Source: Rhina ancylostomus (taxonomy: Eukaryota). Taken from it: DNA of 64,000 nucleotides. The number at the start of each line of letters is the position of its first letter. The first letter of the stretch is position 1. Shown here piece after piece: positions 26,610 through 39,741 of the stretch. Position numbers and translations under genes: made by a program. Under the pieces are notes generated by a model. The model saw only the letters and a list, made by a program, of their open reading frames with translations, did no database searches and was not told where the DNA came from. The DNA lies in assembly GCA_030265395.1 (NCBI GenBank), contig JARFYF010000007.1:23346755-23410754 (forward strand). Reading direction: 5' to 3'.

Positions 26610-27441
26610 GAAAGGAAGGGCAGAAGCCTGAATAAAAGGGGAGGGGGAGGAGCATGAGCAGGCAAGTGATAGGTGAGTCCCTTGTCCGCTTATCCCTCCC
26701 CACCGATCACCCTCCAGGCACTTATCCCTGCAACTATGCCAAGCGTCACACCTGCCCCTATACCTTCTCCCTCATCACCATTTCAGGGCCCTAAACAGAC
26801 CTTCCAGGTGAGGCAAATCTGTCGGTGTCATTTATTGCATCTAGTGCTCCTGGTGTGGCCTCCCCTACATCAGTGAGACCCGATGCAGATTGGGTGACTA
26901 CTTCGTCAAGCACCTTTGCTCCATCCATCGCAACAACCAGGATCTCCCAGTGGCCAGCTATTTTAATTCCACTTCCCATTTCCACAATGACATGTCTATC
27001 CACGGCCTCCTCTACTGCCACTATGAGGCCAGACGCAGGCTGGAGGAACAACACCTCATATTCCATCTTGGCAGTCTCCAACCTGACGGCATCAACATCA
27101 ATTTCTCTAACTTCTGGTAGCCACTTCCCTCTGTCCCCCCCCCCCTTTTGTTTTCTTTCATTCCTGTGGCCCCCTTCACCCTTTCTCTTTCCCCTCCCCA
27201 CCCTCGTGACTTGCCCACCTCCTTTCCTTTATTCCGTGATCAATTGTCCTCTCCTATTAGATTCCTTCTTCAGCCCTTTGCGTCTTCCATCTATCACCTC
27301 CCAGCTTCTCACGTTATTCCTTTAACCTCAGCCCTCCCCACCTACGTACCTTCCCCCTCTCACCTGGACTCACCTATCACCTGCCAGCTTGTGCTCCTGC
27401 CTCTTCCCCTACCCTTTTATTTGGGCTTCTGCCTTCCTTTC

Positions 27442-27479
27442 CAGTCCTGATGAAGGATCTCAGCCCGAAATGTCGACTG
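27442..27479 (+). ncRNA. Minimal type-I hammerhead ribozyme motif in Penelope pseudo-LTR
   Basis: cagtc-CTGATGA-a-ggatctcagccc-GAAA-t-GTC-gactg. Stem I is cagtc/gactg, the conserved core boxes are present, and the GUC cleavage triplet ends at 27474. Confidence 0.7.
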
Positions 27480-28586
27480 TTCATTTCCCGCCATAGATGC
27501 TGTCTGACTTGCTGAGTTCTTCCAGCATTTTATGTGCGTTGCTCCAGATTTCCAGCATCTGCAGTCTCTCTTGTGTCTCATATTTAGGCACTTTTGAAGC
27601 GTTGTATATTTTTTACATGTCTCCCTTTTATTTCTGTTGGTAGGGTAAAAGGAATGCAGCAAAATTGTTGCAATGGCTACCCAGTAATTCCAGTAAGATA
27701 TAGAAGTATGAATTTGCAACAGTATGTTCATACAGGATTGTTCAGAAATTGTTCCCCTCAGTATGTCACACCTTGATACTCGTGTCTGTCTTTCTCTTGG
27801 CAGATAAAAGCTGTATCAGTGTCTCCATCTGTTGGTGTCTTGACTGATTTTCATTGTATTGTAAGAACTATCCATCATATAACTGTTCAATGCAAAAGCA
27901 CAGTTAGCTAACCTCAATTTGAGATATTTTTGATTGATGCCATCCCTTTACGTTCTCTATTTTCGGCTCACTAGTGATCACCTTTCTGCAACGTCGTAAT
28001 GAAAGCTGAAAGGGAACAAATCTGTTTCCACATGAGATTGGATAACTGAATTAGAGCATAATTGTTTCTCAATTCATTTTGTTCACTGGCCATCAGGAGG
28101 CCTTGTTTTAATTAGCTTCCCCATTCTTCCTTTTTTCTCCATAGGTGCTTGCCTCTACATATTCATTCCTCTACTGTAAAAAAAAACTTGTACTGGAAGT
28201 GTATTCATGCTTGATACCTGTAGTTTTTAAAGAAAAACACACAATAAACTATGAAATAATTTTTAATAATTGAAAATAATTGCCAAACTTCTGTCCCTGG
28301 ACTGCATAATTATTTACAAAGAGCAGAAACATATAGATGGAAGTCAGTAATTTCTAAAGAGAATCCATCGCCATTGGTATATTTATTATTATTTTTCAAG
28401 CAGTAGAGTGGCACTGTATTCAATATGAGAGTGTGCTCTATATTACAATATATTCATAGAAGTTGCACTAAAGTATGGTAGTCTATTAAAGCATTAATGA
28501 AATTATTTCTGTTCACTGTAGATGTTGTTTCTCAGCATTGTTGTTTCATTAAAGGATCATTTTGTGATATTTGCTGCTTGGATATT

Positions 28587-28670
28587 GTTCCTGCTTGGAG
28601 AGTTTGGATCTGTTGTTGGAAAGACCAGGTTCCTGCTTGGAGAGTTTGGATCTGTTGTTGGAAAGACCAG
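28587..28670. repeat. Perfect 42-bp tandem duplication
   Basis: GTTCCTGCTTGGAGAGTTTGGATCTGTTGTTGGAAAGACCAG x2, followed by GTT. Confidence 0.95.
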
Positions 28671-28805
28671 GTTGTGCTGTGTGCCAAATGTTTTCTGCTG
28701 CAACACAGTTTTGTTTTGCACCATTCTAATTTGTTTTTCCAAACAGACTATTAGAAGGAAAGAGAGTCTGTTGTGCTCTGTCCAAGACATGTCAAGTGTT
28801 TATCT

Positions 28806-29030
28806 ATAACAGTGCCAGCAACTGTCTGTAAGGAGTTTGTATGTTCTCCTCATGTGTGTGTGGGTTTCCTCCAGATGCTCCAGTTTCCTCCCACATGCCA
28901 AAGACATACGGGTTAGGAAGTTGTGGGCATGCTATATGGACACTTGTGGGCTGCCCCCAGAACACTCTACGCAAAAGATGCATTTCACTGTGATTCAATG
29001 TACATGTGACTAATAAAGATCTTATCTTGT
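28806..29030 (+). mobile_element. V-SINE with a different (Rex1-like) tail
   Basis: V-core, then GGGCTGCCCCCAGAACACTCTACGCAAAAGATGCATTTCACTGTG..ATGTACATGTGACTAATAAAGATCTTATC. Confidence 0.85.
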
Positions 29031-29034
29031 CTAT

Positions 29035-29360
29035 CAATTCCTTCCACACCTCTCCCTTTCTTTGTAATCTCCTCCTGTTCTCTGAGATTTTTATGCTCAT
29101 CCAATTCTGGCTTCTATTCACCCCTGATTTCTCTGCTCCACCTTATGGCAGTCATACTACCCAACCCCACGTTTTGGAATTTGCTCCCTAAACTGTTCTA
29201 TTCTTTCCTTCTTTATGACCCTCTTTGACCAAGCTTTTGTTCATAAGTTGTAATATCTCTTTTTGGAGATCAATACCAAATTTTGTTTGAGAAATGCTCC
29301 CATGAAGTTCCTTGCAATGTTATACTGCATTAGGAATACCATATTAGTGCAATTTATTCA
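29035..29360 (+). mobile_element. L2-type LINE 3' end
   Basis: CTTTGTAATCTCCTCC..CTCATCCAATTCTGGC..CTCTTTGACCAAGCTTTTG..GCTCCCATGAAG. Confidence 0.7.
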
Positions 29361-30395
29361 TGTGTATGAGCAGTTGTAACTTTTCAGAGATAAGGAGTGT
29401 GGCACTAAACACTTGAAGCTTAGTTCTGATTAAATATGCACTCAGCTAACTCTGTGCTGGAAAAATAGGTTCCAAACCACATGTACATGGTTGTAGCAGG
29501 TCTGCCCCAGACATGCTTTGAGGCAGGCCTGCCAATGTTCATGCCCAGCAGTGTTTATTTGTTTCCTGATTCATTAAAGTGTTTATCTGAGTTCTCTGGA
29601 GCAAAATGCATGTACACCTTTCCCTCTGGGTATCATCACCTCTGGTCTCTTTCTGCTCAGCCACTGCTTGACTTGCTGAGAGTTCTTGGCTATTTGAAAG
29701 CCGAAGGGTACAAGGAAAGTGTTAAGGTGAGGAGAGGGAAGTGGAAGATGCATGCTTTCACTGTCACTAGCTTGTAGATCAAAAGAATATGAGAGCTAAG
29801 GAAGATTACATATGAGAGTGTGTCACCTCTGGCCGTAGGCTCTGTAGTAGCTATTGCGATAACAGCCAAACACACGTACACGAGGGCAGTGAATCCCCGA
29901 ATCTGGAGCTGTCCCCTGCCAGCCTATTGGTGCAATTGTATGGCACCTTTTCCTGCAGGAGAGTGCTGTGAGTTAGTAAATGTAGTGGTTCTGGATTCGA
30001 CATGGATGAAAGCTGGCAATTTTTGGAAGATACGAGTGTGAGGTTTGGAGCATGGGAGAGCAGAAGTGTTGAGCAAAAGTCCTTGATAGATGGAGATAGC
30101 TGTAAGGTGAGCAGTGAGGTGTATGGTATTCAGCAATGTATGAGGTTGGTGATGCAGTTGTTTACTGATAGGATTTCATTATGTTTTTGCTGACCTTAAC
30201 CATGCCTTTGGTGTTCTTCATGACACCATGGTCAATTATTTTTGATGCACCTGGTATTGGCATTGGAGGCAAGAGCTGCCTTGGATAGGTCAAATAAATG
30301 GTGCTTAATCACATCACAATCATGGCACATATTACCGTACTCTCCTGTTTAGCCTCCTGTGTGTATTATATTAAACAAAGGCACCAGATAACTAG

Positions 30396-30625
30396 AGTAT
30401 CAAACAATCTACTGGAGGAACTCAGTGAGTCAAGCTGCATATGCAGGGAAAAGGAATTTTCAGGGCTGATGCAGGGTCTTGACCTGAAATGTTGACAGTC
30501 CCTTCCTCCACCCACCCCCCCACCCCTCCCCCCCCCACACACACACCCACAGTTGCTGCTCAACCCACTGAGTTCCTCCAGCTGATTGTTACTCCAGATT
30601 TCAGCATCTGCAGTCTATTGTGCCT
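30396..30625. mobile_element. Palindromic mini Penelope (two inverted pseudo-LTR ends)
   Basis: Arms CTGGAGGAACTCAGTG / CACTGAGTTCCTCCAG. Flanking 13-bp direct repeat ACCA(G/A)ATAACTAG at 30383 and 30626. Confidence 0.8.
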
Positions 30626-32724
30626 ACCAAATAACTAGGCCTACGTTAATAGCAACCTGATGAGTACTACAGCTTCATGGGGAGAAAATGGCATACAGTT
30701 ACAATTTTGAATGCAAGTTTTACAAAATCCACGTGTATTAGATCTCATTCAAACCCATCAGCAAAATTTCATTGTGACACCTTTTTATATAACCTGTGTT
30801 AAAAGCACTGGCTGAAATTTCTGCAGACGGTGAATTGGTCCTGGACTTAGTGCATTCCTAATTAACTTGTTGAAATGTTAAAATATGAGCAGCAAATCTG
30901 ACACACATTAAAAGTTTACAAACAGGACTTAATCCTGCAACAAATTTATCCCAAGAATACACAACCGTAAAATCTTTGAAGTCTTTCATGATTAGCATGA
31001 CTTGCCATTCACACACACCATTTGCAGATTGTCTTCAGAATCTTTGTGCTCTTGCACGCCCGCATAATTCCTCAAGGCAACTGTTTTGAGTGCTAATGGA
31101 CAAGTCAGTAAACCTGAGATTCATTAAGGACTTCCTTTCCCTGCATTCATTTAGCATGCACAACTACACTTTAGCAAATTCTTGATAATTGCAAAGCCAT
31201 CAGCAATGCCTCACTCTGACAGTGGAAAACGAAACTGAAAAAAGGGAGAAATTGGATCAGAGAGGAAAAAAGCAGCATCTGAGTTTGCTTCCCTACCATA
31301 TCACCTTGCTTGTATTTTCAGAAATTGGTAATGCTGTAAACACCACTGCTGAGAAATTCTAGCATGTTGTAAAGGGTGCACTAGAATTGTGTGGATGTGG
31401 TGGGGCAGTCACCACTTTTGTAGTTATCCCATTGCATCAAAATTCAGCTCTGACTGAGGCTAAAGCTTCAATTCTGAATACGAAAGTTTGTAATGGAAAT
31501 CTCCCAACTCAGGAGGTTGGGGTAAGAAAGAGTGGCGGTGGGGGGGGGGGGTAGGGTGGGTGGGAGCTGCTAACAACAGAGTTGCTGGCATTTATCAACT
31601 GCTGTCTGACTATATTCCTTTGTGTGTGGTTTTTGAGGCCAGAGGAGGGAAGGGATTGTCTTGACATTTGTGTGATGATGATAGGGGGAGAAAGGTGGTT
31701 AAATGGGCAGGATGGGGATTTGGGAGGTCAGCATATATGTAAATGAAATTGGGGAGATCATCATGCAATGGATAAGGAGATAAATGTCACAGGCCAAAAT
31801 GAGGATCGTTTGGGGAAGGTTTCAGAAGCACAGCAAAGGTGAGAGTTTGGCATGGACAGGGCTCACAGATCAAGAATTTAGTGAGTCTGTAGATCAGAAG
31901 TTGTTAGTAGGGGTTGTTTACTGTGGAAGGAGAAAGGGAGTTGAGGATAAAGATATTCCAGGTCATTGTTGCCGGGGTAAGATTAAAAAGATGATCGCAA
32001 AGAAAATTATGTCATCCTATGTGCCCTGACTCTGAGATCTGGCTAGTTCCTTTTCATCTGATATCAGTATGACAGGTCAAATCGCCTCTTCTGCTGCAAG
32101 TTGCTGTTTCATCATATAATGTAAAACCAATGAAATTCAGCGCCACAATACTTGTATTTCTTGCATAATTGTTCATCTGATTTGAATTTTGCCAATCTGC
32201 AGATTTGAAAAGGACTGTTTTCATAGTTGTTTCCACAGCCAGTGAGTACTAAATGAATAGCATCCCTTGAGATGTATATTGACATGACTAAGTCAATATG
32301 ACTTTGAGCTGGGAAGAAGACTGTGACTGGATCAAACTCAGTTCTCGTATTCATAGATTTGCATATGGGAATTAATAGCAATATTGCCTTTGAGCTTTGT
32401 TACCAGTAATTTTCTTAACCACCTGGTTCTCCTCTGTAGCTTAAGTGGATGCTCATCAAAGATACATCAAAGATACTATCAATGCAGCCAAATGGGATTT
32501 CCGTCAAGGTATGATGACAAAGGGGTACGAGGTCACAGGAAACTCCCAGTGTGTATATGGCTGAGTTTTTAAAGTATTCACGAAAGGGACATGAAGGTAA
32601 ATAACACGGTGATCCCAAACTGAGCTTTTTGTACTGCATTTTCAAGATGAGGCTTGAAGACCTTTTACATGAGTGTAGCATACTGGACGTTGTGTGGTAT
32701 GCAGTACAAGCTATGCACTGAGAG

Positions 32725-32895
32725 ATGTAACACAAGAAAAAAGGAGCTACCTGGCCTCTCGAGTCTACACTGCCATTCGCTATGATCATGGCTGAACTAC
32801 CTCTACTCCTCCACTGTACCAGATTCCCATAGCCCTCAATCCCCTGATCCACTTTTAAATACTTTTAAGGAGCTAGCCTCCAAAACTTTCTGGGT
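32725..32895 (-). mobile_element. CR1 3'UTR fragment
   Basis: GCCATTCGCTATGATCATGGCTGA..CCCATAGCCCTCAATCCCCTGA. Confidence 0.65.
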
Positions 32896-33394
32896 ATTGG
32901 TGCAATATTTTCTATGTTTATTATTTATTTTTGTTTCTCATTCCTATGGTCTTGAAAATAGAAATTCATAATGGTGTCTGGTTCCTCAGTCAACAGCCAC
33001 ATTCCAGGACCTGATGTTCCAGTTCTTCTTCATTTGGAATTGATGCCAATAGTTTAACCACAGGAAGCATCTCAAGTGAGTTTGCTGCTGTCCTCAACCA
33101 ACCTCTGTACTTGCACTTTTCAAAAGGAATGACTGAGTGCTGGTCAGTAATTGTTTCCATTAATTTTTCCCTTTGAAATCCTAGGAAGATCCTAAAGCCC
33201 AATTGGTACTCCAACAGAGGGAGCTAAATCATTCCCAATCAGGGCTTTATGACATCCTCATCTGTCCAGGGGCAGTAGTGCCATATTTGTATGAAATGCT
33301 GTGACAGTAGTTGGAAAAATCCTTAACAAAACTCAGGTAAAATACAATGTGATAAGTGCAGTTTCCTTCCACTAAAAGTATAAATTTAATAATG

Positions 33395-34157
33395 GAGACA
33401 CAAAAAATTCTCCAGAAATCTGGAGCAATACAGAAAAAATGCTGGAGGAACTCAACAGGTCAGGCAGCATAAACAGTCGACATTTCGGGCCAAGACCATT
33501 CATCAAAATTGGAAAGGAAGAGNNNNNNNNNNNNNNNNNNNNNNNNNNNNNNNNNNNNNNNNNNNNNNNNNNNNNNNNNNNGAGGGGAGGAATACAGGCA
33601 GGTAGGTGATTGGTGAGTTCAGGTGAGAGGTGAGTCCAAGTGAGGGGGGAAGGTAGGTGCGAGGACGAGAAGATGTAATAAGCTGAGAAGTGATAGTAGA
33701 GGAAGCAAAGGGTTGAAGAAGGAGGAATCTGGTAGGAGAGGGCAGTGGACCATGAAAGGATGGGGGAGGGGAGGAGATGGGCAGGTCATGAAGGTGTTGG
33801 AAGGGAGCCACAGGAATAAGGGAAGACAAAGAAGTGGAGGGGGTAGGAAAAGAAGGGGTGGGGTTACCGGAAGTTAGTGAAATCGATGTAAAGCCATCAG
33901 GTTGGAGACTCCCAAGGCGGAATATGAGGTGATGTTCCTCCAGTCTCAATGTGGCAGTCAAGGAGACCATGGATAAACATGTCAGTATGGGAATGGGATG
34001 TGGAATTGAAGTGGGTGGACAGAGCAAAGGTGCTTGACGAAGCAGTCACCCAGTTTGCATCGGATCTCACCGATATGCAGGAGGCCACACCAGGAGCACC
34101 AGATACAATAAATGACACCCTTGGATTCACAGGTGAAGTGCTGCCTCACCTGGAAGG
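33395..34157 (-). mobile_element. Penelope-like element, 5'-truncated, GIY-YIG remnant
   Basis: SFQVRQHFTCESKGVIYCIWCSWCGLLHIGEIRCKLGDCFVKHL..LEEHHLIFRLGSLQPDG. 15-bp TSD ATAAATTTAATAATG at 33380-33394 and 34158-34172. Confidence 0.92.
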
Positions 34158-34221
34158 ATAAATTTAATAATGTTTGTTCAAGAATTCTGCTTTCCAGGAT
34201 GCCACATTTAGAAACTATTGA

Positions 34222-34360
34222 AAAGAGACTGAAGGTGCTGGAATCGGGAGCAAAAAAAACACTGCTGGAGGAACTTAATGGATTAGACAGCATCTGCAGA
34301 GAAATGGACTGTCAACTGCTGCCTGACCCGCTGAGGTCCTCCAGCAGTTTGTTTTTTTGC
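34222..34360. mobile_element. Palindromic mini Penelope
   Basis: GCAAAAAAAAC-ACTGCTGGAGGAAC.. and ..GTCCTCCAGCAGT-TTGTTTTTTTGC form inverted arms. Confidence 0.75.
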
Positions 34361-34434
34361 ACTGAAAAGGGACCTCCTGACCTGACGGTCATTTCAGCTT
34401 AATCAGAGCTTCAACACTGGCTAACAGCCTCAGG

Positions 34435-34770
34435 TGAGGGTCTTTATCAAATGCCTTCCAGAAATCCACCTTAATAGCAGGCTAGGTATTACCCTGCCTG
34501 TTTCATTATTCACTTCTTCATGAAATTCAGCTGGTCTTGACAAGTTTCACCTACCATTAACAAATCCCTGCTGGCCCTTTTGTTGAACTGAAAATTTTCA
34601 GGTAGTTCAGTTACTTAATTATACAGTCTAGTCGCTTTCCAAAACAGATGTTAGGCTAACTAGTCTATAATCCCTCGTTTTCCCCTTTCACTTTTATGAA
34701 ATGGCAGAGTTTTGTGCATAATTTTCCAACCTAAAGGAATAGTTCCTAAATCAAGAAAAGTTTTGACAGA
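34435..34770 (-). mobile_element. Old CR1 RT-region fragment
   Basis: Reverse of DF(Q/W)KAFDK (CTTTATCAAATGCCTTCCAGAAATCC) and NYRLVSLTSV (ACAGATGTTAGGCTAACTAGTCTATAAT). Confidence 0.7.
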
Positions 34771-35019
34771 TGATAGTTGGTGCATCACATTGTTATCAGC
34801 TATTTTCATTGAAGCTTGGAATGGAAACCTTCAGATTGAGATTTTTCATTCCTTCACTGTTATATTGCCTGTTAATTAGTTTCTTTGAGGTATCTTCATG
34901 CCATCATCTTCTGTAAATACTGACGCAAAGTAATTATTCAACATGTCCAAAGAATTAATAACATACTATTTGCTTACCCACTTTTATAAGTATAATGTAA
35001 AAATTAAATACCTAATGTG

Positions 35020-35570
35020 GGTTCTGAATTCATACAAGTACAGAAGTAATTTTATAGGGCCTTGGTGAGACCACCTGGTGTATTCTATACAATTTTGATC
35101 TCCTCATGTGAAAAGGAATATACTTCTTATTGGGAGTGCAATGAAAATTTGCCAAACTACTTTTTAGGATGGTGAGTTTGCGATCTGAAGAGATTTTGAG
35201 TAGATGAGGGGAGTATTTCAAAATGAGTTCAGAAGAATGAGAGGTCATCTCACTGAAACTTAAAATGCTTACAGTGCTCAAAAGGGAGGATGCAGGGAGA
35301 ATGATTTCCTCAGCTAAGGAGTCTAGAACCAGAGGTCATGGTGTCAGAATAAGGGACGGGACTGAGGAGAAATTGCTTTACCCAGAGGGTGTGGTTCTTT
35401 GGGAATTCTCTATCCCAGTGGGCTGTGTTGACTCAGTCATTGAGCTCGTTCAGAACAGAGATTAGTTTTCTGGATACTAAGGATTTCAATGAGTATGGAG
35501 AGAGTGCAGGAAAATGAAGTAGATAAATGGTGGAGCAGGCTTGAAGGATCAGCTGACCTTACTTCACTCT
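35020..35570 (+). mobile_element. CR1 LINE 3' fragment
   Basis: LY-ALVRPP..IQF-SP, ESRTRGH..RIR and TQRV..LWNSL remnants. Confidence 0.8.
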
Positions 35571-36344
35571 AAATTTTCAGGTTCTCAGGTTCAAATTAAG
35601 TAGATAAACTTTATTAATGAAAAGAGCCTATCAGAATTAAGTTAATTTGAAAGCATGCTGTAGATTTCCAGACTATTTTGTGTGCTGGTAGTAATAACTT
35701 TCCTTTATTAAGTGTGTGTTGATACATTCCAAGTAAACTTTTGTTTTAGCATTACCGCCTTGCTACCTATGTTCCAGCAAGGTACAACCCTCCACAGAAT
35801 TACTGAAAAGAACTTGATTAGTCCTGTTCCCAAGCAACCAGAACAACAGATCAGGAATTATAAACCTGCAAAACCCAATACTTCACACAAGATCCACTCC
35901 TGACCTTTTGGTTCCTCTTGTCAGTTAGTAGTCCAACTATGGCTTGTCTATTTAAAATGAAACTCTTCGAAGATGAATTCAACATGTTATATTTTCTTTA
36001 TTTATAATTGACTCTATTTTAGATGATTATGCTCCATACTTTGTGTTGGTAAAGTTTCTGCAACTTGCCTAGAGACTGGAATATTTTCTAGTGGGACTGC
36101 TAATACATTATATAAATGTTACTGGATTTTCATCATCTTGGCAATTGCTTAATGGTGGAACGGACAGTTTAGGGCACTCCTTAGGGCAATGAAAATGACT
36201 ATGAATTTAAGATTCCTTAGCTAGCACAAACTACACCCATGGGGATTGGTTTGAATATATACTGGTGTAAACAGGCAAAAGTTTGACTAAGTTAATATTT
36301 CAATATGAAGACTTTTAATCAGAACTGATTTTATTCTCAGTTTT

Positions 36345-36470
36345 GAGCTCAGTTCTGATGAAAGATCTTTCACTCAAAAATGCTTCTTTGCACAGATGCT
36401 GCCTGACCTGCTGAGTATCTCCAGCATTTTCTACTTTTATTTCAGCTCTCCAGCCCCTGTAGTTCTTTAC
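36345..36470 (+). mobile_element. Penelope pseudo-LTR fragment
   Basis: CAGTTCTGATGAAAGATC..CACAGATGCTGCCTGACCTGCTGAGTATCTCCAGCATTTTCT. Confidence 0.75.
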
Positions 36471-39384
36471 ACTTCAAAGGTTTAACTAGTCTACAATGAA
36501 AATCTGTGACAGTGTTATGTTCATCAATAACTGAAAATGGATGGCTGAAAAAAATAGCAAAATAGCAATAAAGTCCTCAATGTAGAATCAGTTCTGCGAA
36601 CTTAATTCAAATTATTACCCGAAGACTTGGAATTTTCACTCATAGATGTGCCTGCACCAGTGAACTATTTGTTTGCTCATCAACAATCCATCAATCCATG
36701 CATGTCGGCATCAAGGTGTTTTTGAAGAAATGTCTCTACCATTTGGACCAGTATGTGAAGGGCAATATAGTGGGCCAGCTGTGACAAGAACAAAATTGCA
36801 AACTGAAAAATGGGCTAGGAACAGCATATCTGGTTTCTGCCAGGATCAGCAACTTGCTACGTGGGGATCCTCTGGTAGATTGTGATAACAGTTATGTGGG
36901 CCATAAGTGGAAAATAGTGTCTCTCAGATCAAAAGAAGTGGCGTTATCTTTACAAACTGTGCATTGTTGTTATGAAAATGTTTTTGTTTGTTATGTTAGC
37001 TTGCTTTAAGTTTTATTTCTAGAAAACAGGATTTTATTTAAAAGCACAATCTTACTGTTGTTGTGGAGTTTAGAAACCAGCTTAATCAGTTAAAATGGGC
37101 AAAGTGTATTGATCAATTGATTTACTTGACAGTGTTATCTTGAATTGAGAGGCACCACTGGCATAGGTAGATGGATTGATGTGACATGGTCGCAGTATAG
37201 CTGTAACTGCAATGTACCTCTTCCTCTTTCTAGAGCTATAACAATCTNNNNNNNNNNTTTGTAGAGTTCATTGCTGTGCCACTTGTTCTGTGTCTTGTTA
37301 ATTTGCGATTTACTGATGTGTTGTTTTGAGCCACTGCTACCACAATGATGTGCAGTTCAATAGTTGCAAAGTCTGCTCTTTTGGCTTTTGGGACTAATTG
37401 GATAGCTTTTTCAACGAGCTGGCACAGACATATGGGCTGAATTGTCAATGAAAATGCATACCTCCTTCCATTGCAGTTGACCCTTTGAATCTTTAGAGCT
37501 TGCTGATTGTAGTCTTATCTATTAGATGCCAGTGTTCATAATTGCTTTCTACCAAAAATTGGCTGAAAATGACAACATCAAATTCCACAACCTGCATTCT
37601 GGCATGTAAGGACATGTTTTATATTTGTCTTGAGTCTGTTTGTAATTTTCAAAATCTGCAATTGTAATTGACCTGATTTTCACCCTGCCATTTAGTGAGA
37701 ACAGAATAGGCATGGGGTTAAAATGGTGACCGGATAAGGCCCACGGTATTTCGAGACCTCCTGGGTGTCCTCACCAAGAAAACAATTGTTGAAGGCAAGG
37801 AGGAACTTTGAATATTGGGGGTTCACGTTCCAATCCCAACTGTATTTGGTAAATAACTGAAATGTGTTCAGACTCAAAGATGCTAATAAAAGCTGCATCG
37901 TACCAGAAGATGGGAGAAGTGTGAGTAAATATTTTTAATATTTTCAGATGCTTCTCTGGCCCAGGTAGAGCAGAAATTCACAGTTGCTTCTGCCCCAGCA
38001 TTCATTGTATGGAAATGATGTCTCAACAAAATAGTTGACTGGATGCCTGCTAATTCTTGTCTCATCCCCAGTTTATGTGTGATGTAAGATGCAGCTTCTA
38101 ATATTCAAATTGTTTCTTACACTTAGCACAGTTGCTTTGTTACATCTTTGTATAACAAACATATAAATCAGTCGCCTTAAAGATGTATGTGTGGTGGTTC
38201 TAGGGGTTTCTGTGCAATATTATGAGTGCAAAAGATCCACTTTGTTGTGGGATATTAAGAAGCATTTTAAATATCCAATAATGGGTGGGGTCCAATCCCT
38301 GCATGGTTTGTGGAAGGAGGAAAGCTTCTTGAGTCAGATTATCTTTTATTACTTCATGGGTGGGCTATGTTGGTGGCAATTAGAGTTTTATCTCCGTTAC
38401 ACTGGGGGATGCAGTCAAAGACACTGGATGGTGTTNNNNNNNNNNNNTTTTATAGCAATGCTAATAGCTGTGGAAGCAGATCTTAATTCACAAAGGACAG
38501 ATAGTCCATATTTGGAGCTACAACAGGCATTAACACATCTGGAATTCTGCAGTTATCGGGAAAAGACACTACAGCAGAAAACATTCAGGGAGAAAACTGT
38601 ATAAACAAATTTGACATTTATCACTGGCTAGGGAAATTACTGTGCAATTTGTGGAGCAAGTTTGCTTCCCTGTTTCCTAGGAAAGGCCAGGTGTTCTTGC
38701 TTTTTTTTATTCCTGGTGGCTGACAGTCAAAACTATCAACATATTTGAGTTTTCAAAACAAGTTAATTAGTCTTTGCAGTTTTGTCTGATAGTGTATATT
38801 TCTCACATGGTGGAAATAAATTCTCAGTTAACCAAAGATCAGAGAGCATGTGTACAGGTCTTCGAGTGTTAAGGCTTAGAAGACACCAAATGTGTGATGA
38901 AACTCAGCCAGTTAAAATTGTGGAGCACTTTACCTTGCATGGAGGAAAGAAAAGGTAAAACCTTCAGCTGCCACTAAGTAACCAGGTTGTTTGGTCAAGC
39001 ATTGCTCTGAAGTACTGTGACCTGTCTGGTTCAGTTACTGGTTTGTCTTGGAGTTCCTCGACCCTAGTGAATCACCATGTGCTTGAGTTGCTTGTCTATC
39101 AGCAGAGAGTGAGAAATAATCTGACCACAGGTGTATTGTGAATAATTATTAACTATGTTTTCCAAGTGTTCAAGTTCTTCTTTGAGAACTTTGGTAAATG
39201 TTTCACTAAATAAAAATGACACTTCAATGTATCTGAGCAAGCACTTCAGTCTTATGAGAGAACGGACATCCAATGTTTGGCTCAATTAATCAATCAGGCT
39301 AGTATTTTTGGGGGCTAGTTTAGTGTCTTGCAAAAGTTCTTGACGATTAAACTCATTTAATGTTTGGTTGTGAAATGGAAAACC

Positions 39385-39690
39385 GTATATAGAATTATTA
39401 CAGCACAGGAGGAAGCCATTCAGCCCATTGACACGTTAATTATCTGAGAGCATTTGTTTTATTCTTATTACCATACTCTCTCCCCAAAGCCGTACAAACT
39501 ATTTTCCTTTGCACTTATCCAATTTCTTTTTGAAAGACCTGACTTTATTTTCAGCAGTCTTACAAGCAGTGATTTTCAGATCTCACTACCAAAAAGCAGC
39601 CTCTCCTACAATTCACCCAGTAGCCCACCACTATGAATCTGTGAACCATCTGCCAGCAGGAATTGTTTCTCCTTATTTGTTTCTTTTAAC
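39385..39690 (-). mobile_element. Old CR1 3' end
   Basis: ACAGCACAGGAGGAAGCCATTCAGCCCAT..TATCCAATTTCTTTTTGAAAG. Confidence 0.6.
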
Positions 39691-39741
39691 CCACGCAAAG
39701 GAATAAATTGGCATAAAATAAAATTCCTATGCCAATTTATG

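Larger units (their letters stand above)
26425..27579 (+). mobile_element. Penelope-like element, 5'-truncated, with inverted 5' pseudo-LTR and GIY-YIG endonuclease remnant
   Basis: GVIYCI*CSWCGLPYISETRCRLGDYFVKHL..PVASYFNSTSH..RRRLEEQHLIFHLGSLQPDGININFSNFW. 26425-26680 is an inverted copy of ~27365-27545. 11-bp TSD ATATTTAGGCA at 26414-26424 and 27580-27590. Confidence 0.92.

Noticed and set aside
26673-27450. Overlapping ORFs as host genes (also 13013, 17529, 33503-34293, 47382)
   Set aside because: Fragments or antisense frames of Penelope, CR1 and RTE coding remnants, most with stops or frameshifts.
28497-28809. Hydrophobic ORFs with a repeated 14-aa motif
   Set aside because: The repeat simply reflects the 42-bp duplication, with no convincing splice or homology evidence.
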